Source: Toensbergia leucococca (taxonomy: Eukaryota). From it: a DNA stretch of 35,505 nt. Under the pieces are notes generated by a model. It worked only from the letters and a program-made list of their open reading frames with translations, was not told the origin of the DNA and did no database searches. Position numbers and translations under genes: made by a program. Positions 26,229 through 35,505 of this stretch are shown piece by piece. Location of the stretch: positions 1 through 35,505 of the forward strand of contig JALDZS010000223.1 in the NCBI GenBank assembly GCA_022813965.1, written 5' to 3'. The number at the start of each line of letters is the position of its first letter. Within the stretch, counting starts at the first letter, position 1.

Positions 26229-27565
26229 TCATCTTCCCCTTCCCTTCCCCCTTCCCCTCCCACCCCTACCGCCTCTCTTTCTACCACCTCCCCTCCCTCT
26301 CTCATAAAGCCTTTCCTTTGCAAAGCCAGCATCTGCGAGTCTCATATAGCTTACAACCCCCTGATCCACAATTGCCAAAATTACGTTCCTCCACCCATAC
26401 TTTAATTTTTGGTAAATCTGCTTCTCCATTCCGGGCGGTGGAGGTTGGTATGGCACACTTTGTAATAATTCATCCAATTGCTGAAGAACTGGGAAATTTT
26501 CCTCACGAGCATTCACGATAGCAATCCGAAAGTCGGGAGAGCCTGGAGAAGATTTCTTGAAACTGGGACTTGGCTTCCAGACGTAGAACGAGGAACGTAG
26601 AGGAGTAAGCTCTTGGGGGTCATCAGCTAAGTGGTCCGAGGCAGAATCTGCTTCCTTAAACATTTCCCGCTTAGTTGGAAAAGAAGGGTCGTGCGAGGGT
26701 ATAATAGAAAGTCGATGGTACATATCATATACATCCATGTTAGCATAATAGGTCACAGTTTGTAGGCATTGGTGCTAACTATAGCTTCGATGGAGTCCTA
26801 GACCGATGAGAGGACCTAGGGGTGCGGGATCTGTTGGTCTTGCTTCGAGAAGTGACTTATAGAGCCATGTGAAGACACTTGGGGACTCTAAATTTTCTGC
26901 GTTCCTGGGTTCTACAATATCGTTATCCTTGTCCGAAGAGTACCACGCTGGCCCCCTCTGCACAATGTAGCCGCTCCTCTTCAAGCCTGCGTAGACGGTA
27001 TATCTTTCTAAAGTCAAGCCCAAGCTTCCAAGGAAATAAGTATAGGCCGACTGCAAGCTGAATGGCATTCCTGCCAACGGCTCCCCAGCGCTATCGGGCC
27101 ATCGAACATCTAGGGTGCCTCGTTCTATCAAATAAAGTGTCTCTTCAGGAAGCAGGTTTAATCTCCCCTCGGAGTCGGCCTTACCCATGGTTCTGAAATG
27201 CTGGCCCTTTTGGTTTTCGACAGTCGTTTCTCCAGAAGTGGTATTGTAGACGCCAAGTATATGTGATTTTGGGGAATGAAAGCGCGGGTAGGAAAGAGCG
27301 TCGTGCATTGCAGCGCGAGATGCCTCCAGCGTATCCTGCTGTGAGACTGTGCCATGGGGTTCGAAGTCCTTCTCACCGCGACGAGGTAAAGTAGGGTGAT
27401 CTATAGTTCTATATAGAAATTGTGAGCTTCGTTTGGTCAGAGAGTTGTATGGTCATACTGAGAGATATTAGCCAGAAATCGGAAATCTTGAGTCTCATCT
27501 GTTAGATCAGTATCTACGGTATCAACTGTTGCAGTTACAAGGTCTTCTGGGTCAAAGTCTGCCAT
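26229..27565 (-). CDS. SEN54: tRNA-splicing endonuclease subunit Sen54
   Basis: Motifs DETQDFRFL, LPRRGEKDFEP, LLPEETLYLIERGTL, YTVYAGLKRSGYIV, VWKPSPSFKKSSPGSPDFRIAIV and LKYGWRNVILAIVDQGVVSYMRL; RGG-rich tail. Exons 27565-27459, 27408-26780 and ~26728-26229. The second intron acceptor looks non-canonical. Confidence 0.92.
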
Positions 27566-27726
27566 GCTGATAACTTTTGAAGCGAAAACCTGGGCGATCA
27601 AGCTTCGATATTCCGTTAGCATGAGGCAGAACAACGTTGCTATTTGAACTGTGATTGATAAAGCTAAATTCTCAAATTTGCATCCTACTGGGAAGGTGGC
27701 CGAGTGGTTATGGCGCTACGTTTAGG

Positions 27727-27749
27727 TCCAACTATACAGTTATGACAAT
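27727..27749 (+). other. Canonical (SEN-cleaved) tRNA intron at position 37/38, 23 nt
   Basis: Starts one base 3' of the anticodon and contains CTA, complementary to the TAG anticodon. Removing it restores a 7-nt anticodon loop. Confidence 0.85.
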
Positions 27750-27771
27750 CCGTAGTTCGAAAGAGCGTGGG

Positions 27772-27821
27772 GTATGATCATTCTAAATTCTTCAATTTTC
27801 ACTTCACTAACATTATCAAAG
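27772..27821 (+). other. Spliceosomal-type intron (50 nt) inside the tRNA T arm, between G53 and T54
   Basis: 5' GTATGA, pyrimidine-rich body, branch site CACTAAC (27805-27811) and 3' AAG. Exact GT-AG excision rebuilds GTGGG-TTCGATC-CCCAC. Confidence 0.85.
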
Positions 27822-29643
27822 TTCGATCCCCACCCTTCTCATCATTATATTTTGCTCTCGTTGCTGTCATTCTTTTGTCTAGAATTCATCCAACCTAATC
27901 CTTGGGTCTAGAACAGCGAGGTCTTCCATCCGCTTCATATTTCCAGACAAGATTTTGTTCAGCGTTCAGCATTCAGCACTGAGGGTTTTCGGCATTCTAC
28001 GATCAGGCAGGAGGTTGCTTTTATTGTTTTACAAGAGGTCGTGTAACTATGTCACAATATCAAGCACACACAGGTGACATCAGAGACTCAGACTGACAAC
28101 CATGCACTCACCCATAGTCATAAATGATTGACAAGTTCCTCTAAGAGGAATCACCTTCAGGGGGACTCATCAATTCCCTTCAGTACCGGATCTGCTTTCC
28201 TATTATGAGTTGAAGAATTGCTTGCATTATATAGGGTCAAAATGGTACTAGCAATCTGAAGTATCAATCAATGGCGAAAACAGATTGAGAACGTCGCTAT
28301 TGAAGTCGCAATAAAGGCTGCACACCGGGCCATGAATACAGGCCAATAAACCGGGCCAATATTGAGGCTTCGAAGTTGATATTGAACCGACGCGAAAAGG
28401 GATTAGTTTCGAGTCATCGGGGCGGCGACAGCCCGGGGGGAAGGGTTGTCATATCTCTTGTAGAATCAGGTCTAAGAGTAGAGATGGTACAGGCCTGTCG
28501 TCGATCTTAAATCGTAAAGACAGCTACGTTTAACGTCCAGCTCGACGTGGCATTCTACAATCGATGAGACCGAGCATAGCACAGGATGCATTGACGCATA
28601 AGACTAGCCCTGATGGCGTGCAAGCCCATTCTAACCGTGCAGCAGGACAGCAATATGTCGTTGAAACGGTGACGACAAGCTTGGATTCTCAAACCATTGT
28701 GATTGCATCAAGTACTTTACCAAGAGTAGTAGAGAGTTTCAGGGTGTGTTTTGCTGTACCACTCGCCTGACAAATCTTCAGCAACATTTCACCTTGTTTG
28801 GGGTAATTTCAGGATTGAAGTGATAAGCCTGCCAAGTTCTGCTCACCTCGATTCAATTCGATAAGCTGTCAGATGAGCCATGAGCCATGAGCTCACCATT
28901 ACCTAGAGATGGTTCCGTCCCATACGACTCCCCAGGCAAATGACCAACACCAGCGCAGCATATGAGAACTTCTGCACTACTTGGAAAAATTAGACAATAC
29001 CAAACCATCACCTAGAATATTTTAGATATTCAAATTATTCACAGCTTTGCGTGTGCCTCAAGTATCAGAACACATGTTGATATTCCTTTTGCTTTTTCAG
29101 TTTCGTCTTATTCTAGGTATTCGTTTCGTTCGTTTCTTCGTCTCCAGCATCTCTAAAATGCATATTTTAGAGCACTTCTTGCCATCTCAAGATATCTGCC
29201 ACTTACACTCATGACTGAAAATGACTCTCTGTTGCCGTCGGTGAATTTGGGTTCTGGCTCCGTGCCGTTATCAAAGGATGGGGGAGCTAAGCCGGCATAT
29301 TCTAGAATACCCCTCGACCGTTACTCCGTAGGTAGCTGAGGCTGTGCCCTGCGTCGCCCCGCTCCCCCTGATCCAAGTACCTTATTCTGATTGGTTTCTG
29401 TTCTCTGCCTTGCAAGGAGAGGATAAATCTAACTAAATTTAACTCTTCTTCTCACCATCTGAACCCTAAAGCTTTGCTAAGCATTTTAGATTTGCTGTGC
29501 CGCTTCCTACTTCCTAGTTCCTCCACACACCTCGGAAGTCGGAGTGATGTATGCCCTGGAGCTATCCCCTCTGGCCCTGCTCGTCTTTACTTCTCTATGT
29601 AGGCTCCGACTTGTCGAGGTTGAGAGCTCCGTCTGCTCAAGAC

Positions 29644-32268
29644 ATGATACTGCCTCTTTGCTGCCTTCTGGCATGCTTCTTTCTTTTGATCGACGCCTCG
29701 CCATCGCCATTGATTGGTATGTCTACCTAGCCGTCGTCGAGGACTCCCTAGCTAACACTTGATGAAGCATTGTCAACATCTACGCCCACCTACCAGAATG
29801 CCACCTCAACTTCAACTTATGACACTATTGTCGCCGGCGTGACAGCTCCACCAAATCAATGTTCGCCATGCGCTCTGGTCGTCGCATCCAACCCGTTGAC
29901 CTTCGACCCTGATCCATGGAATTGTACCGCTGCCATCATTTACGAGACCCTTTTTACTGGAAACGGAACCTCTTACACATCAGCTTCCACCAAATACATG
30001 AACACTAGTACATGTAGTATGGGCGTTTATGGCGAAGAGGGTGGCGCTACTTTACTTTCTGATGGAAGTGGCATCATTTGGGAAGGCTACACCCTGTATG
30101 AGAATGGCTTGTCTCAACCTTTCAAGAACCTGCTAACTAGAATTTACAGTTCATACAATCAAGGTTACAATTTGATTGGTGGCTTTGATGTCCTTTTTAA
30201 TACCTGGACAACTGTGGGTCCCTCTAGCAGCTGCGCGACGCCTACCTCGGGCATTGACGATCCGGACTTCACGTATTTTCCATATCTCGGTATCACTAAT
30301 GATATATATGTCTACCAAGATGCTCCGTTCACCTCGCAGCCTGCTACCGATACAACCCCGGAACCTGACCCCCCTTTGTCAACATTTCTAAGCCTGCTCG
30401 ACGCCTCAAGCTGTGAAGTAGTCCCTGACGGTGAACCGACCTCGCTTCAAGCAGTAAAAGTCTTGACTGTGACATCCTCCACCACTTTACCTGCCCCGAC
30501 CGATCGTAAAACAGTGAACCCTTTCACTTCTAAAGCGAAAGCCGACACTCCATCACCGAGTCCTCTACCATCACCATCCACATCAATCTCAACCACCAAT
30601 TTGCCGAGCACAATCAGTATAATCACCAGCCCAGCCCCTGTAGCCTTGGTCCCGGTGTCACCTATACCTACCCCAGGTGCCCCTGAAGTGTTGGCCTCGG
30701 TTTCATCTACACTTACCTCCACTACAGGCCCAGCTACGACAATTTCATCTCTTCAGCCAGTGCACGCTTCATCCAGTTACAATGCTTTACTTCCTAGCTC
30801 GGCAGCGAATCCCCAGGAAATACCCAATCCAGAGTCGGCAACTGTGTTGATATCAGCCTTGTTAGCAAGCACAACCCCGACGCAAATAGGCACCACATAT
30901 GTTGCCTCTAACAACCCTCCCATCTCATCAGAATCTGCATCTGGATCCGAAGCAAATGATGCAATATTAGATTCCATCCAAAGCTCCTTTGGACAAGTTA
31001 CTTCAGGAGCTGCACCAGCTGGTGGCATCATAGCAACTGAGGGGCCATCGGCAGGCATTGTTGGGAGCTCCGTCATAGTAGCCGATTCAGCCTCGCAGTT
31101 CATTGTCGGCTCAAGCACATTGGTGCCTGGAGCCCCGGCCGTGAACGTTGGGGGTACTATACTATCAATAGCACCATTAGTTGCATCACCCCCAATTGGA
31201 TCTGAATCTAATGCTCCGGCCACTGCAAATCTACTTATACTAAGCGTAGGTAATTTTTCTCTAGTGGAGATTCCGGCGAGCTAATACCTCATGATTCTAT
31301 AGTCTCAAATCTCAGGTTCTGCAAATGGACAACCAGTATCATCAACTCCAGCATTACTCCTCCCTCCTTTGACCATTGCTGGCTCAACAATCACCCCTAA
31401 TGCCGCGAGCCAGTACTTGGTAGGATCCCAAACACTCATCCCAGGTGCTGCAGCAATTACAGTCAGTGGAAGTGTTGTATCTTTAGCTCCATCTGCTTCC
31501 GCTTTGGTGGTAGATGGCAGCACGCAAGCTGTCCTTCCCACAGGACAGCTTTCTCCTATTCTAACGATTGCAAATTCGGCAGTAACGCCAAATGCAGCAG
31601 GTCAGTACGTTGTAGAAAGCCAAACCCTAAACCCAGGCTCCGCAATTACTGTCAGCGGCAACACCATCTCCCTCGCGCCCTCCGCCTCTGCTGTAATAAT
31701 CAACGGCGTGACCTCCGCTATCAATGTCATACCCACATCTCCCGCTATCCTCACCATAGGCGGTGCAGCAATCACTCCCAATCTAGCAGGCCAGTACATC
31801 GTCGGCGGGCAGACTCTCTCTCCCGGCGGCTCTGCCATCACCGTCTTCTCAACCACCATCTCCCTTGCTCCCTCCGCCTCAGCCATCGTCTTCAACGGTA
31901 TAACCTCCCTCGTCTCCTCAACACCCATCCTTCTTCCCCCCATTACCCTCGCCGGCTCAACTATCACCCCCAACGCAGCAGGCCAATACATAGTAGGATC
32001 CCAGACGCTGACACCTGGCTCCGCAATTACTATCAGCGGAACCGTGGTATCGCTTGCGCCCGGGGCATCAGATGTGGTTGTGGGTAGCAGTACGGAGGCT
32101 TTGCCGACGAGCAGTGGCGGTTTGGCGGGGCTGATATACAGTGGATTGGGGGGATTGCCGACGTCGTCGTCGTCAGCGGCAGCGAATGTTACGGAATTTA
32201 CAGGGGCTGCACCTATAGGAGCGATATCGTGGTGGCTGGGGTTGGGGGCTTTGGTGATATGGGTGTAG
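29644..32268 (+). CDS. Secreted Ser/Thr/Pro-rich, repeat-containing cell-surface protein, probably GPI-anchored (adhesin/mucin-like)
   Basis: Signal peptide MILPLCCLLACFFLLIDAS; Cys-containing N-terminal domain; S/T/P stalk; tandem TIxGxxITPNAAxQYxVGSQTLxPGxAITVSGxxISLAPSAS repeats; hydrophobic C-terminus FTGAAPIGAISWWLGLGALVIWV. Introns 29717-29767, probably 30096-30149, and 31246-31302. Confidence 0.8.
31369..32090 (+). repeat. Four coding repeats of about 60-65 aa period (plus a degenerate copy near 31070-31180) in the surface protein
   Basis: Repeated unit TIAGSTITPNAASQYLVGSQTLIPGAAAITVSGSVVSLAPSASALVV is visible in the translation. Confidence 0.85.
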
Positions 32269-33373
32269 GGGGTCAGGGGAGGTTAGATCAGTGTATATAT
32301 ACCCGATTTTTTGTATATAATGTGAACAAAAAAGCCCTTGCAAATGTCACGATCTATGATACTTTAGGATCATTATTTGATGTGTTTTTCAATTCAAAGA
32401 TGACTTCTGTCCACTTTTTTCAGAACCTTTAACCCCAATCCTCCTCTCCTTCCATACTCCCCCTTTTCAATCTCTCCCAACGCAACCCGAACTGCCACCA
32501 CAAAAAAAAACTTCTTCTCCCTTCCAGAACCGAGACCCCAGCTTGCCGGAAAAAAACATCATTACCACTCTACATCCAGCGCCCCCTATCTAGACCTTTG
32601 ATTTTTTTTTTTGATTTTTTTTTTTGCCCTTGACAATTCCGACGGGGGCTCTGGGGTTTAGGAGGGGAGTGAAAGGGGGGGAAGTGTGAAAGAAGGGAAG
32701 GGAAGGGAGTGATGATTGAAAGGGGGGGAGGGAGGGAGGGGGAAAAGGGTAAATGTTAAAAGTACCTAGTTAACATTCCTCGCTACCAGATTTAAAAAAA
32801 AAAAAAACAAAATACAAAATATAAAATAAAAAAAGAATCGATGCACCCACCCCCCAAACCCCCTTTTCTGTCAATACCAATAGGTAAAAAAATCATATTC
32901 ATCCTTTCACATTCCGTGTACATGCAGGGGCTGATATTACAGGGTAGGTCCATGCTTTTTACAGAAAGCGTTGTGTTGCCGGGGGGGGGGGGAAGGAAAG
33001 ATGCTGAGGAAGGGTCATTTTCAACAGATAGTATTGAAGAAGCGAGGGGAACCCTTTCATTTCCATTCCAACACCACGCCAAAGAAGGGCAAAAAAAAAA
33101 AAAAAGGTCCATCTACACGTGAGAGATAAGGAAGAAAAAAAATACCCCAAAGACCTGAAGGTTTTGAAGGAGGCAGGGTCAAGGCACAAAAGAGACGCAT
33201 GAGGTGTTTCTTTTTACAGAGTCGCGGTTTACAAACATCTCCCCCCAATCTACGAGTAGAGAGAAGACAGGCGCTTCAAACCCCGTCGATTGAGAATAAC
33301 TTTCTATTTTCAAAGCAATCAAAGCAGGCGTCCTGCATGTAAGCCACAGCACCGCGCCTTGTTCCCGCAGTCA
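32269..33373. repeat. Low-complexity, homopolymer-rich spacer between convergent genes, including a G-quadruplex-type motif at 32722-32742
   Basis: Long A, T, G and C runs (e.g. ~32793-32807, 32981-32992, 33091-33105) and a G7-A-G3-A-G3-A-G5 tract. Confidence 0.7.
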
Positions 33374-35505
33374 CTAAGGCCTCCCATCATAGTACTGGCC
33401 CTGCTCGGGCAGCCCAGCATCTGTATCGAAGCTATATGACGCTGGCGGATACTCTTGATGCGGGTAATTCTGTTGCTGCTGGTAATCGTACGGTGGCGCA
33501 CTAGGGTTTTCCTGATAGCTCTGTTGCACTTGTGCTGAGGATGAAGTATCGTAGTAAGATTGCCCCGATGGCGGTATGCCTGGAGAATAGGCCTCCTGAA
33601 TGTTTAAATTAGACTGGTATTGAGCTGGCGCGTATGCTGTCTCCACGCTTGAAGGTGGGAGCCTAGCATCATAGCCTGTTCTCGTCCCAGGATACACCGT
33701 AGCGATCTCTTCTGCAGCTCCGCTCATACCAACATCAGCCTGACGACCTGCGGACCTATTTTGCGAGCTTTGAATGTCTTCCCAGGGAGCACCTTTGACT
33801 TTGCTGTGACTTCCTGAGCCGAAAATATTGCCGAGACTGGGCGTGGCGCCGTGACTATGGGCTTGGTCGCCTTCGCCTTGGTGGTTTCGACCGCTTTTAA
33901 CTCCATCAGCGCTGAGAATGATGTTGAGATTTGCACCTTGGTCAGGTCTTGAATGAACCCAGCGTTGGACGACATCAAACATCTTGCGGTGGATTTCACA
34001 CTGAGGATCGCGAATTGCTGGGTGGTGGAAGACGCGGACGACGTCGTCTAGAACTTGATCTTTTGGGATGTCTGGATGTTGCCATGCGTAAATGACGCGC
34101 GGGGCTACGTATTGGAGGATGGCTGACGCAACTTGCCCTGCGGGCTCATTGAGAATGTTTGAGAAGTGGTCCTTTGAGAGGAGTGAGTGGGTAGGATCTG
34201 AGCAATTAGGATCCTCCCACACTTCATATTGATGCTTGCCGCTTGCATCAACCACGGTGGAGCTACCTGCTTGAAGCTGGGCAGATACTGTATTGATGAT
34301 AGGGCGAATGTATGGTGCTAGAAGTGAGAGTATGAATATTGTTAGAGTTTCGGTGATTTTTTCGACCAAGGCTTCTAGACCAGGTATTTTCTCGATTGTA
34401 GCCGATATCACCTTGACGACCTTATCCCTAAAGACAAAGATAGGATATAACTGCGCGGCTGTCTTCATGGGATCAAAATTAGGGCTCATTCCCGGTATTC
34501 CAGGTCCCGCTGGCGCTCCTACGGTTCCTGGTGAACCAGCAAAATTAGGTTGACTTGCACGAGGGTCGGGAGTAGCTTCCATGAAAGCTGAAGACCCTGC
34601 ATGATTCTTGTCAAAGGGATCTCTATTTTTTGTATTGAATATATGCTGCTCTTGGGCATCCGCTTGGGCCTGTAATTGCACAGCTTGCTGACACAGTCCC
34701 CCAGCTCCTGGGACTTGAGACAGCAAGTTGGTTAAATAAGAAGCTTGCTGAGAAGGGCCTCCGAAGCTGCGTGCCTTATCGGAGTTTTTGGACTGCACTT
34801 GCGCATCTCCAAGAGCTTTATCCATTTCATTCACCTCTGTCTGGGCGAAGTGATCAGTCGCCTCACCGAGCACACTATGAAGGAAATCAACCGCGCCAAA
34901 AGTTCCTGTCACGAGTGGGAACACTCGGTGGCCACGTACATATATTTCCGTAGCAGTCCCGGTGTGAGGAAACACATTGGTAAAGCCCAGCTCTCGCAAC
35001 GATAACTCGGTATAATTCGTATGGGCACCAAAATCCTCTAAGCAGTGTAAGCCCTGGCCAAGGCACCTCAAAGCTTCGTATAAGTCTGCATCTCTGCCCC
35101 GAGTTCCACTTGCGCCATTGGTATAGACTCGCCCAAAATGGATGCTTCTAGAGAAGCTATGCTTGACATAGCCAGCACTGGTGGCGATGTCTAAACTCTC
35201 GTTGGCAATGTAATTCTTCATACCCGTGTCAGGATCAAGCTGCAATTCAATAAGCTCCACTGGTGGCCGTAGCCTCTGATCATATCGTCTTGCATCCGCA
35301 TTATCTGCATAATCCTTTGGATTATCTATATGTTCTTCGGGGCGATAGACACCAAGACGTTCGTCGGTCACTTCAAACTCTTCGGTAGCATATCCAAAGC
35401 TCAAGAAACTGAGCACCCACACTAGAATCCTAATTGTGCCGGACTGAACACCCTTGAGAGTACCGACATCGACAGCCTGGCTGTAATCTCGTAGCCAATT
35501 GCCGA
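33374..35505 (-). CDS. het-C: Heterokaryon incompatibility HET-C family protein; 5' end outside window
   Basis: The frame is open from the window edge: GNWLRDYSQAVDVGTLK...ILVWVLSFLSFGYATEEFEVTDERLGVYRPEEHIDNPKDYADN, LGQGLHCLEDFGAHTNY, PLVTGTFG and DPTHSLLSKDHFSNILNEPAG, with a Q/Y/P-rich tail. Confidence 0.93.
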   Translation of the reverse strand, partial: GNWLRDYSQAVDVGTLKGVQSGTIRILVWVLSFLSFGYATEEFEVTDERLGVYRPEEHIDNPKDYADNADARRYDQRLRPPVELIELQLDPDTGMKNYIANESLDIATSAGYVKHSFSRSIHFGRVYTNGASGTRGRDADLYEALRCLGQGLHCLEDFGAHTNYTELSLRELGFTNVFPHTGTATEIYVRGHRVFPLVTGTFGAVDFLHSVLGEATDHFAQTEVNEMDKALGDAQVQSKNSDKARSFGGPSQQASYLTNLLSQVPGAGGLCQQAVQLQAQADAQEQHIFNTKNRDPFDKNHAGSSAFMEATPDPRASQPNFAGSPGTVGAPAGPGIPGMSPNFDPMKTAAQLYPIFVFRDKVVKVISATIEKIPGLEALVEKITETLTIFILSLLAPYIRPIINTVSAQLQAGSSTVVDASGKHQYEVWEDPNCSDPTHSLLSKDHFSNILNEPAGQVASAILQYVAPRVIYAWQHPDIPKDQVLDDVVRVFHHPAIRDPQCEIHRKMFDVVQRWVHSRPDQGANLNIILSADGVKSGRNHQGEGDQAHSHGATPSLGNIFGSGSHSKVKGAPWEDIQSSQNRSAGRQADVGMSGAAEEIATVYPGTRTGYDARLPPSSVETAYAPAQYQSNLNIQEAYSPGIPPSGQSYYDTSSSAQVQQSYQENPSAPPYDYQQQQNYPHQEYPPASYSFDTDAGLPEQGQYYDGRP

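Larger units (their letters stand above)
27690..27841 (+). tRNA. trnL-UAG: tRNA-Leu (anticodon UAG, class II), interrupted by two introns
   Basis: Acceptor stem GGGAAGG/CCTTCTC with discriminator A; A box TGGCCGAGTGG; anticodon stem CTACG/CGTAG with loop TT-TAG-G/C; variable arm TTC-GAAA-GAG; T stem GTGGG/CCCAC with loop TTCGATC. Exons 27690-27726, 27750-27771 and 27822-27841 give a 79-nt cloverleaf. Confidence 0.93.

Noticed and set aside
27723..27725. Possibility that the tRNA is an amber suppressor explaining the in-frame TAG in SEN54 intron 2
   Set aside because: The anticodon is 5'-UAG-3', which reads CUA (Leu). An amber suppressor would need anticodon CUA.
28320..28900. Short repeats (GGCCAAT/CCGGGCC near 28325-28360; ATGAGCC tandem near 28873-28892)
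   Set aside because: Too short and too few copies to support a CRISPR-like array, transposon end or regulatory call.
32792..33248. Small ORFs in the homopolymer-rich spacer (likewise 5150-5458)
   Set aside because: Translations are dominated by poly-F/K/G/P from homopolymer runs, with no coding signal.
1..35505. Idea that dcl1, GH71, the surface protein and het-C form a defence or non-self island
   Set aside because: They are interspersed with housekeeping genes (URA2, ELC1, SEN54, TBC GAP), and nothing in the sequence shows co-regulation or mobility.

Overview
Gene-dense, intron-containing genomic DNA from a filamentous ascomycete (Pezizomycotina), judged from short GT..CTRAY..YAG introns and fungal gene families. 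In order it holds: a 5'-truncated Dicer-like 1 gene (+); URA2/pyrABCN, the GATase-CPSase-pseudo-DHOase-ATCase fusion (-); a YVC1/TRP-like cation channel (+) that needs a 4-nt microexon; an intronless secreted GH71 alpha-1,3-glucanase (+); an intronless TBC-domain Rab-GAP (-); elongin C (+); the tRNA-splicing endonuclease subunit SEN54 (-); a tRNA-Leu(UAG) gene (+); a secreted, repeat-rich, probably GPI-anchored wall protein (+); and a 5'-truncated HET-C family gene (-). The standout is the tRNA-Leu gene (27690-27841). Besides the usual 37/38 tRNA intron, it carries a 50-nt insert exactly between G53 and T54 with all the signals of a U2 spliceosomal intron (GTATGA...CACTAAC...AAG). It lies head-to-head, 124 bp from SEN54, whose own second intron appears to end in a non-canonical AT. 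All gene models were built by eye, with no database searches.
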